Assembly (NCBI GenBank): GCA_024137785.1 | Contig: JAHRHZ010000150.1 | Location: forward strand, 693,627 to 757,626 | Direction of reading: 5' to 3' | Length of the DNA stretch: 64,000 bases | From: Ginglymostoma cirratum | Taxonomy: Eukaryota | Part shown: piece after piece, positions 24,471 to 35,273 of the stretch | Layout of the letters: every line of letters starts with the position of its first letter | Position numbering within the stretch: the stretch's first letter is position 1 | Notes under the pieces: model-generated | Told to the model about the DNA's origin: nothing | Databases searched by the model: none | The model's input: only the letters and a program-made list of their open reading frames with translations | Position numbers and translations under genes: made by a program

Positions 24471-27237
24471 TGCAATGGAGTCCAGGCACGTTCAGGACTC
24501 ATTTCCCACCAGCAGGTGGGGGCAGAAGTTTAATGTTCATCCAGATTTTCTGTCACCAGGTTAATAATTAGAGAATGGGAAGTACGCAAAATGGAATTCA
24601 GGCTATATTTTCTTTCCCAGCAATTGGTGAAATCTCTTCTGTTGATCTCAATCTCCCATTGTTCTTAACCTATGAACCAGAGAATTGTTTCTCTTCATAT
24701 GTTTCCTCAAACACCTTTCTAACGTTCTTATTAAACCTGCTTCCAAAACTTACGCTCAGTCAGCAGTGTTTGAAAGTTTATTATAAACTGGTGTTCACAT
24801 AGACCATTCCCACCCCATTCCTTATGAAGCTGCTGAAAATCACATGATATCCCCCCCCTCAAGATCTAATTACTTTTCAAATTAGTGGAAATCCGTGTCT
24901 CTGGTGACCATCTCTTGTCCCACCGAAATCAGTTTCCTATGTTCATTGCAAGGAAACATTACACTGATCTGAGCAGCTCAATCCTATCTCCCCTGAAGGC
25001 CTCTCGTATTGTTCTCAAAATTGCAGATCATCCATGATACTCCGCAGTCTACCAAATAATTCATTTTTGTACCCAAAATACCAGAACATCTCATCTCTCC
25101 TGCAGATCTGTCTCACCAAACAGTGCGTCCACGGACATCGTCCTTTGTGATTCTTTCCTCTTTGCTTGGAATCAACCCTCTCAAGCAATTTTACAATTGG
25201 TGGTCTCCTGGTCGCAGCAGTCGATAAAGTGACATTTTCAAGCAAAAAGCACTTCACTCTCCTTCACACCGATCCCCATTACATACCAAACTCTCACTGT
25301 TTAAATCTTCTTCATACACCCTTGCCTACACACGCCACCTTTTTATTTACACTGCTGAGATATAGGTGACTTCACAATCCGGCAGATAAAGAAACATATT
25401 CACTTTGTAACTTCATTACATTTTCCTCAGTCTCTACCGTAGAGAGATTAATGGACCCTGCCCAAATCTGATGGGAGCATAAAGTCGGGTATCACAGTCA
25501 AATGTTAATAGCAGGCCAGGAATGCTGGACATGATGAAACGTGATTGACTGTTAAAATGTTGGAATCACTCATTCACAATTGCTTCATGGTCATCGTTAG
25601 ACCCCTAATTCTAGGTTCCTCTTCATTGAACTCGAATTATAACAGCTGCGGTGGCAGGATTGAACCCGAGTGCCGAGAACATCATTGCTTATCCCAGAAC
25701 AGTCCACTCGATTCCAATGGACCCCTTGCTACTCCGAATAATAAATCCTTCTACTTACTGTGTCTGCGTGTTCAAGTCCAAATTTGCCTATCTTACCTGG
25801 ATCTTGTACATATGTGACGATAGCATCGCAGCAACACTGTGGACTTTTAGCCCCCCTGAAATGGATAAGTAAGCCACTCAGTGGCATTCGTGAAGGCGTT
25901 TCAACACTGTAGTGCCCTGAAACAAAAGGGCAAGGTCAAATCTCATGCTTTGTGATTATTAACCTGACAGAAAACTCCTTTGGGTATCAACTTCCAAGCA
26001 GTGCGCTACAGTAATATCAGCACGCCTTCTGTGTTGCTTCTCTGACAGTGCATTTTTCAGTTAGGCCACTTCCATTGAATTAATTTTAGAAACACTTTGG
26101 TGGAATAAACCTCACTGCATGGAACAAGGGAGCACTTTGGACCAAGAATATTGCGTGCTTCACAAAATCAAAGAATCCTACAGATCAGAACGGGCACATG
26201 AGGTTGTTCCTATCAACGTCGATTCTACATTGGATCAGCATAGTTCCTTTCACATTTTAAACACACCCTCTCCGTCTTGCCTTCCTCGTGTCATTGTGCA
26301 ATGTCCATTAAAAAGCATCAGAGACATTCATGTCAAGTAAGGAATTTTACATTTCGCATTTTAAAAAGAATCATTTGAAAGCTTGTTATCGTCATAGTGA
26401 CCACGAAACTGTCATTTTTTTAAAAAGACGAATCTTGTTCACCACTGCCCCTCAGGTAAGAAAATCTGCCGACATTTCCTGGTCGGGAGTACATTTACCT
26501 CCAGACCATGAGCAATAGAATGACTCTGAAGTGCTCTCTGAAGAGGATCAGAAAATTTTCACACAAAACCGTACAGAATAGAGAAGGAAAATTCAACTTC
26601 TCAAAATCAATTTCCGGTGGCTGGAAGTGGTAGCCCAGATAGTGACACCGACATACAGGAAAGAATCAAAGAGTGGTCACGTCTCTCTTCCGTAAGATTG
26701 CTTCTCACTGAAATATGTTTTAGCAATGGCGGCCTGTATTTATAAAGCAGTATCCAGTGCACCTCTCCACATCTGCTCTTTCCCCTATTCATGACGTTAT
26801 TTGTTGCTGGTATTTATCCAAATCGGTTTTGAAAATTATATTGATTCTGCTTAGACGGCATTTTCGGACAATGCATTTCAGATCGGAACATCTGATGTAC
26901 AAAAATGTCTCTTTATCTCCAATTTTCACTTTAGGCCAATTCTCTTGCTTAAATTCAATGTCTACACTGCCGTTAGTGACAAACGAATAGAAGAATTGTC
27001 TTTTTGCTTATCCACATTATCACATCACTCATGAAATTTGAGCTCTTATACTGATATCGCCCTATCATCTATCCATCCAATGCGTCAGTAAGAAATATAA
27101 TGAGATAGAGCTAAGTTTTCACAGCAAATGGTGTCGGGGTGAAGAGTTAGCAACTGGATGCGAAGTATTGAATCAAATGGGGCAGCGCAATTTCCTTCAT
27201 AGTGTCACTGGACGGCACTCAGATCACAGTGGAAGCA

Positions 27238-28098
27238 GCTGCATGAAGTCTATTATCTCATTTAGATGTTTGACTGTCCCAGTTTAGTCAAAATCACATT
27301 GTAAATAGAATGAGCTGCAGCTCACTTGGGACCATTCACTTAGCTGCGTTAGAAAGTCATAGAGCAGACTCTAACGCCAGATCCTCGCTGGAAATCAAGG
27401 CTGACACTCGTCACAACTGACTGAGGGCGCCCTGCACTTATACAAGGTTTACAGAGAATGCAAAATGTTAAACAGAACTGTTTTCTTTTCAATTGGTGTC
27501 ACTAATCACAATCCCCTCGTCAGAGAAAAGCAGGTCCTGCTCCAAAATATCAGACTGAGGCAATGTTTGAAAAGGACATAGGTAGTGGCCATTGTCACGC
27601 TGCTGTTATTCAATATTGCTTTGCACGAAACGGCATTTTAACAGTGACGATACATTTCATAATAAGTATTTTGTTTCTATTCATGTGCTAAGGTATGTTT
27701 CTGGATTGTGCCGCATTGTACATCAATGCAAACCCTTTGTTGAAATGCAGCCGCTGTTTTGTTGAAGTATTGTCAGAATTTTGCGGGTCGTTTACATTTC
27801 ACATTCAACAGGAATTCTGGTCTCAGACGTGAAGTAGTCTCCTTCTTTGGTGTCGATTGCTGAAAGAGACTCGGCTAAACTTAAAAGTACACTGAAGTAC
27901 ACCAGCTGTCTCCAAATGTCTTGGTAGAGACAGCAACCCGACCGGGCAATGGAAGCTTTATTCAATTCTGCTGCAGCAACAGCTGTTACAAATTACACAC
28001 CCGAGTCTTATTGGGCTGTAAAACGCAGCCAAACGCTTCAGAATTGGTAGGTATCTCACCATCTCACACAGCTGTCTATTTTTGCGCGCGTAGTAGCG
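27238..28098 (+). pseudogene. TRBV: TRBV pseudogene V8 (family 1)
   Basis: Leader remnant LHEVYYLI* with the start codon deleted. V exon 27812-28098 has a stop at VK*, Cys23>Tyr and deletions. RSS CGCATCA, 21 bp, ACAAAAGCC (28099-28135). Confidence 0.9.
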
Positions 28099-29009
28099 CG
28101 CATCATTTGAGAAAGTCTTTGCAGCCACAAAAGCCTGCATCCGACCCCAGATATTTTCAGGACTCATTTCTCATCGGCAGATGGGGACAGACCATTAATG
28201 TTCAGGGCACCTTTTCAGGGTGACAAAACAGTTGACTTCACTATCTGGCAGTTAATACCGAGATTTCCTCAGTTACTTAACTATCTTATTTACATTCTCC
28301 ACAGCAGAGAGGTGGATAATTACAGCGCGAATATGAAAGACACCTCGCCAACACCACCACCCCCGCATAAAAATAGCAACTCGCAGTAATGCGCGAATTT
28401 CCAGCGGCCACTGCTGAGTTTAATGAAATGAAACTGACTGTTAATGCGTTTAGAAATCACTAGCTCACAAAACTCACAAAAAAACCCTCTGTTCCAATGC
28501 ACTGCCTACTCTTGCATTTATTATTTACTTTCTTGAACTTAAGTTCAGTTGAGAATCTTTGACGGGGTAAACCAAGCGGAGGCTTGGGGATCGCTTTGCA
28601 GAACACCTGCGCTCAGTTCGCAACAAACACCTGCACATCTGCCAATGTGGTATACTGCATCCGCTGTACCCGTTGTGGCTTCCTCTACATCGGGGAAACC
28701 AAGCGGAGGCTTGGGGACCGCTTTGCAGAACACCTGCGCTCAGTTCGCAACAAACAACTGCACCTCCCAGTCGCGAACCATTTCAACTCCCCCTCCCATT
28801 CCTCAGATGACATGTCCATCCTTGGCCTCCTACAATGCCACAGTGATGCCACCCGAAGGCTGCAGGAGCAGCAAATCATATTCAGCCTGGGAACCCTGCA
28901 GCCCAATGGCATCAATGTGGATTTCACAAGCTTCAAAATCTCCCCTCCCCCAACCGCATCCCAAAACCAGCCCAGCTCATCTCCACCTCCCTAACCTGTT
29001 TTTCCTCTC

Positions 29010-29109
29010 NNNNNNNNNNNNNNNNNNNNNNNNNNNNNNNNNNNNNNNNNNNNNNNNNNNNNNNNNNNNNNNNNNNNNNNNNNNNNNNNNNNNNNNNNNN
29101 NNNNNNNNN
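29010..29109. other. Assembly gap (100 N)
   Basis: Run of exactly 100 N inside the pyrimidine-rich part of the Penelope element. Confidence 0.99.
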
Positions 29110-29312
29110 ACATCATCCCGCCCCCTTGACCTGTCCGTCCTCCCTCGACTGACCTATCTCCTCCCTACCCCCCTACCTACACTCACCTTTACTGGCTCCA
29201 TCCCCGCCTCTTTGACTTGTCTGCCTCCTCTCCACCCATCCTCTCCTCTATCCATCCTCTATCCGCCTCCCCCTCTCTCCCTATTTATTTCAGAACCCTC
29301 TTCCCCTCCCCC

Positions 29313-29348
29313 ATTTCTGATGAAGGGTTTAGGCCCGAAACGTCAAGT
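29313..29348 (+). ncRNA. Minimal type I hammerhead ribozyme motif (Penelope-associated)
   Basis: ATTT-CTGATGA-A-GGG TTTAGG CCC-GAAA-C-GTC-AAGT: catalytic boxes CUGANGA and GAAA, 3-bp stem II, palindromic ACGU stem III, short stem I. Predicted cleavage after 29344. Activity untested. Confidence 0.6.
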
Positions 29349-29985
29349 TTTCCTGCTCCTATGATGCTGCTTGCCCTGCTGTGTTCATCCAGCCCCATGC
29401 TTGTTATCTGAGAATCTTTGACTGTCAGGTTAAAAGGTAACTTCAACCATTCTTCCCTGATCTGGTCCATGGGTAATTCCAGTCGTATGTCAATACTATT
29501 CACCATCAACCTTCCACTGAAATGTATGTGTTAACTACTTCGTGGCATTCATGGACGAGTCTCACCACACTCCAAACCCGCAATTGAGCAAAAATACAGT
29601 CATAAGATTCAAGTCATGACATTTTTTCATTTGAGAGAAGGCTCCGTTCAACATCACGTGTCAAACAGTGCAGTAGCCCTCAGTCTGTGTTACTTATCAT
29701 GGCTGTCCAGCGATCCCTCAGCTGTCGTCCACTGAAGTAATTTGAAGAAACACACTGTCACACCGAGTTGTGGAGTCAGCCTCACTGTATGGAACGAGCG
29801 AGCTCTTTGATCAGAAAATGTTATATGTTTCATGAAAGCGCAGGATCCAAATGAACCGAAGAGGACCACAAGGGTGATCCTGTTCAATTTAATCTCTTGA
29901 AATGAGATCAGCACAGTCCATTGTACCCTGTGAAATAGCCTCCCAGTGTCACCTTCCTCGTGCTAGTATATATTGTCGTTTTAAA

Positions 29986-31390
29986 TAGAGTCATAGTGTC
30001 ATACAGCAGTGAAAGGAACTCTTTGGTCCAAGCAGTTCATGCTGAAAATGATCCCAAATTACGCTCGTCTCACCTGCATGTTCCTGGGCCCAAAATCCCT
30101 CCAAAGATTTCCTATTCATGTACTTATCCAAATGTCTTTCAAACATTGTAATTGTCCGCACATCCACCACTTTCTCAGCTTCTCGTCAGGTTCATTACAC
30201 TCGCTAACCACCCTCTGCGTGAAAAAAATTGCCTCTCGTGGCTTTGTTAAATATCTGTCCTCTCACCTTAAAAAAGTGCCTTCATTCTTGAAATCCCCAA
30301 TCCCAGGGAAAAGACAAGTACAATTGTCTCTATGTTTATCTCTCATTATTTAATGAACTTATATAAGGTCGCCTCTCAACCTGCTATGCTCCAGTGAAAA
30401 ATGTCCCACCTTTCTTTGTAACTCAAGCCTTCCCAACCTGGCAATGTCCTTGTAAATCTCTTCTGAAACATCTCCAGCCCAATGATATCCTTCTTATAAC
30501 TGGGCGACCAAAACTAGACATAGTGTGCCGGGAAAGGCTTCTCCGTACACCCTCGGCATAACTTCTCAACTCCTTTACTCAAAGGACTGGGAAATGAAGG
30601 CAATCGTGGTAAACGCCTTTTTAACGACCACGTCTACAAGTGACGCAAACCTCAAATAATTATGCATCTGCACCCTTAGGTCCCTCTGTTCCACCACACT
30701 ACGCAAGGTCCTACCATCAATTGTACAATGCATGCATGTTTGATGTACCAAAATGCAATGCCTTGGATTTTTCCACATCGAACTGAATCCGTCATTTTTC
30801 AGACCATTGATCTATTTGATCAAGATCCCTTTGAAATCTTAGAAAACCTTCTTGACTGCCTACTATGCCACCAATTTTGGTTCCCCCGCACTAACTATTC
30901 CTCTGTATTCTCATCCATTTCGTTTAAGTGAATGACAAACGAAAGAGGGCTCAGAATTGATCCCTGTGGAAAACCGCTGCAGACAGGCAACCAGACCGAA
31001 AAACAACCCCTCCATGACGCCAGTCTGTCTGCTGCCGTTAAGCCAATTATGTATCCAATTTGTAAGTTCATTATGTATTCTATGTGACCTGTTATTACTA
31101 TTTCGTCCACAATGCAGAACCGCGTCTAAAGTCTTTACTAAATCCAAAAAAGCAACACCTATTGCTCTGTCATCATCAATCTTTTTGTTAACTTGCTCAA
31201 AAACTCAATCAGGTATGTGAGACATGATGTTCCTCGCAGAAAATCATAATGGCTATCCCTAATCAATTTTTGCCTCCCATAATGTCAATCAATACATTGT
31301 ATAATCACCTCCAACAATTTAGCCAAAATTGAAGTCAGACTCACAGGTCTATAGTTCCCCTGTTTCTCATTACAACATTGCTGAATCAAA
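29986..31390 (-). mobile_element. Decayed 5'-truncated CR1-type LINE
   Basis: Minus-strand RT fragments (CSGFPQGSILSPLSFVIHLNEMDE; LRSVVEQRDLRVQMH). Tail ATAGAGTCATAG. Interrupts a cassette sequence that is contiguous in paralogues. Confidence 0.88.
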
Positions 31391-32419
31391 GTTTGTATCA
31401 TTGAGTGTCGTTGCGAGGAATTAATTATACATTAAAAATAAACTGATCAAAGCTTGTTAAATGTCATTGTGATGACGAAACTGTGATTAAATTTCACATA
31501 TCTGTTTCACGGATGCTCTTTTGGGAAGATAATCTACCGTTCTTAAGACTTCAATTAGGCTAACTGTGAAGTGCCTCTGAAGTGTCCCAGCAAACCATCA
31601 CTTTTGCAGAGCCATAAGAGAACAGACCACGACATGTCAAAGAGGCATCTGACGACCATCTTTCCACCATAAGTGCCAGCGATGGCTTAGTGGTATTATC
31701 GCTGGTCTGTTCATCAAGAGATGCACGAATTTTCGGGGAATACGGGATCAACTGGTGCACTAATTTCCTTACCTGGCCTACGTTACATATGACTGCAGGC
31801 TCACAGCAAAGTGGCTGCCTCTGACCTGTCCTCTTGGCAATTAAAGATGGAGAATAAATTCTGGCTTAGTTGGCAAGGCCCTCATACCGTGAATAATTTT
31901 TTAAAAAAAAATTGCAGATGTGTAAAAGACTTTAGCCTAGTCAGGCCACCCACACCCCGTGAAGGAATTAAAGAAATAGTCTTCATTGTGTTGTGAAGGA
32001 ATATTTCTTCCTGAAATATCAAATTCCATGTGCATGCATAGTTCTTAGATTTGTCACAGTATTCATTTCATCTCTGTCCATCTACTCTCTCCTTCAATCC
32101 TGACATTTCTCTGTACATCTATTCATTTAAAGATGTTTTGAAATTTGCTGCTGTTCCGGTCAAACCACGTTTTCAGACAAAGGATTCCAGGTCAGAGCAT
32201 GTCGATGTACAAAAAAAAATCTTCATCTCTAATTTACACATCAAGCGACTTATCTTGCATCACCTTTAATGTCTACAATCCAAACTATCTCAACTTTCTT
32301 GAAGTTTAAGTCTTGCTATTCACACCGCCCTTTGATTTCTCAAATTAACGTGTCACTTAAAAATATAGTGCGATGGATTTTATGCTTCTCAGCAAATGGC
32401 GTCACAGAAAGCGAAAGCA

Positions 32420-32439
32420 ACCGGATGTGATGTATTTAA
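32420..32439 (+). promoter_or_regulatory. V9 promoter ETS plus TATA-like element
   Basis: ACCGGATGTGATGTATTTAA upstream of ATG 32525. Confidence 0.6.
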
Positions 32440-32524
32440 TCGGATGGAACAGAGAACTTGCTTACTCTGGTGTCATTGCATAGCGTTGTGCTCACAGTGG
32501 GAGCCAGAGTTCAATCACAGGATG

Positions 32525-33392
32525 ATGCCGCATGAAGCCTATTATCTCATCTGGATGTTTGCACTGTCCCAAGGTCAGTCAATGTCACACAGTGAATACA
32601 ACAATGCATTGTCAAATGAGCTGTCGTTGACTCGGTAACATTCTCCCATCTGGGCTGCACAGTCATAGCACCGACTCTGACTTCAGATCCTGAAGATGGA
32701 AATCCAAACTGTCATTACAGAGACAGCTCTGCACTTTTACAAGTTTTATAGTGAACGCATAATGTTAAACAGAACTGCACTCTTCAGTTGGAGAAAACGA
32801 TTACCAACTTTTCTTTAGGGAAAAACAACCCCTCCTCCGAACTTCCAACTTGGAACAACGCTGGAAAAAGAACATACGTAATGCTGTGATTGGATCTAGG
32901 TTCGCTCAAAGCTGTTGGGATAAATTTTAAAAGTAACCTGACAATCATGTAAACAAAATAATAAATTCTTGAAAAGTGCTTTAAAACGTGCGTGTATTTT
33001 GAAAGGTTTTCTATTACTGGATTTACTCCATTTAAAGCCAGCCGTTGTCTTGATGAATTATTGCTATAAAATTGAATCTGTTCCACTTTACATTCGACAG
33101 GAATTCTGGCCTCCTACGTGGAGCAGTCTCCATCCATTGTGTCGATTTCAGAAGGACATTCGTCTACACTCAGATGCACGCTGAAGGATACAGCTTACAG
33201 ATACATGTCCTGGTACAGACAGAAACCGGACCAGGCAATAGAAGCTTTATTCTACTCTTCTGGAAAAGATTTCGTTACAAATTACACATCCGAGCCTTAC
33301 CAGGCTAAAAGAGAAGATGAAACGCTGTTTAGTTTGGAACTGAGAGAGGCCGCTCCATCTCACACGGCTGTCTATTATTGTGCGTGCAGCAG
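32525..33392 (+). CDS. TRBV: TCR beta V segment V9 (family 1), intact; leader 32525-32573, V exon 33101-33392
   Basis: (M)MPHEAYYLIWMFALSQG-ILASYVEQSPSIVSISEGHSSTLRCTLKDTAYRYMSWYRQ...APSHTAVYYCACS. Confidence 0.93.
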
Positions 33393-33431
33393 CACAGCGT
33401 TTGAGGAAGTGTCTTTGCAGCTACAAAAACC
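33393..33431 (+). other. 23-RSS of V9
   Basis: CACAGCG, 23 bp, ACAAAAACC. Confidence 0.96.
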
Positions 33432-34016
33432 TGCATTCGACTCCAGGCACGTTTAGGACACATTTCTCACCTGGAGGTGGGGGGCAGGCAATTGATGTTC
33501 ATGGCACATTTTCTATTACCAGGTTAATAATCAGAGAAGTGGAAGTACACAAAATGGAATTCGCGCCATCTTTTCTTTCCCAGATATTTCGGAAAACCAT
33601 TCTGTTGATCTCAATCTCCCTTTATTCTTGAACTACGATTCAGTGAATCGTTTCCCTTCACACATTTCCTCATGTACCTTTCAAACATTATCACTAAACC
33701 TACTTCCAAGACTTTCACTCAGTCACCAATGTTTGAAAGTTCATTGCAAATTATTGTTCACAAAGAAAATTCCCAGCCTCTTCATTAAGTAACTCCTGAG
33801 AATCACATAACCTCCCTCCACTATCTAATTACTTTCAAATTAGTGGAAATCTGTATGCTTGGTGACCATCCCTTGTCCGACTGAAATCAGTTTCCCATGT
33901 TCTAGCCTCTCGTATTACTTTCAAAATCTGCAGATCATCCAGATACTCCACAATTTGTCAAATAATACATGTTCTGTACCCAGAATACAAGAGCATCTAA
34001 TCTTTCCTGCAGATCT

Positions 34017-34134
34017 AGTGTTCAGGGTGTGTGGGTTATAGGGGAATGGGTCTGGGTGGGATGCTCCAAGGGTCGGTGTGGACTTGTTGGGCCGAAGGGC
34101 CTGTTTCTACACTGTAGGGATTCTTAAAAAAAAA
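34017..34134 (+). mobile_element. Short 3' fragment of a SINE or CR1 with a CR1-type tail
   Basis: GGGTCGGTGTGGACTTGTTGGGCCGAAGGGCCTGTTTC...poly(A), with TSD ATCT. The empty site CAGATCTGTCTCACC is seen at 18385 and 25103. Confidence 0.8.
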
Positions 34135-35273
34135 ATCTGTCTCACCAAACAGTGCGTCCACGGACATCTTCCACTGTGATTCTTTCCTTTTAGTTTGGAA
34201 TCAGCTCTCTCGAGAAATATTCCATCCGCTGATCTCCTGGACGCAGCAGCCGATAAAGTGACATGAGCAAGCGTCTCCCCACCTCTTTCTCAAGAGCAAT
34301 GACAAGCGATGGCCTCATGGTATTACCGCTGGACTGTTCTGGGAGAAGCAGAGATGTCTCTGCACTGTGGTTCAATCCTACCACAGCAGATGTCATAATT
34401 CGAGTTCAATGAATAGGAATCTGGAAGTAGAGGTCTAAGGATGACCATGAAGCAATTGCCTATTTTTGGAATAACCCAACGGTTTCACAAATGTCATTGC
34501 TTCGTCTGGCTTCCATGTGACTTCGGACCTATTGCAAACTAATTTCCTCCGAATGCCCTCCTGAAAATTAGAGACCAGTGATAAATCCTGCTGAGCTGGC
34601 GATGCCCTCAGCTTGTGATTTAATGAAAATAGCAAAATCCAGATGTGCAATCAATGTTCGCTCAGCCAGGGCACCCAGACCCAAAGAAAGAATTAAAGAA
34701 ATGCTCACCAACCTCTTGTCAAAGATTGTTTCTCCCTTAACTATCTGCTTTATCAGTTTTGGTACGTATTCATACTCCCTCGACTTTATCACGGTATTCA
34801 TTTCATTTCTCAGAACACGCATTCTCCCTCATTCCTGTCATTTCTTGTTTCACATGTTCATCAAAATCTGTTTTGAAATTTGTTGTCTTTCCGGTCAGAC
34901 CACACTTTCAGACCATGCATTTCAGATCTGAATATTTCAATGGATAAACATCTCTCTTCTTACACAGATTACGCTTTAAATAGCTTATCTTGCGTCATCT
35001 TCAATGTCAGAATTTTCTTACTGACGACTCAATTTAAGCCTTCTCTTTTCTTTCCAGACTGCAAATCCTCTTGGAATTCGAACTCTGCTATTACCTCCAC
35101 CCAGTCATCTATCATCCAATGAGTCTTTAAGAAATATAGTGAACTGGGGTTTAAGTTTCACAGCAGATTATTTTGAATAAGAGACAACAACCGGATGTGA
35201 TGTATTTAATAAGATGCAGCAGATAATGTGCCTTCACAGGTATCATTGGACTGCACTCTGCAAACAGAAGGAG

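Larger units (their letters stand above)
28564..29408 (+). mobile_element. 5'-truncated Penelope-like retroelement (GIY-YIG endonuclease plus 3' region with hammerhead core)
   Basis: ORF 28584-28994 CTSANVVYCIRCTRCGFLYIGETKRRLGDRFAEH...PVANHFN...PNGINVDF. 14-bp TSD TGAGAATCTTTGAC at 28550-28563 and 29409-29422. Confidence 0.93.
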
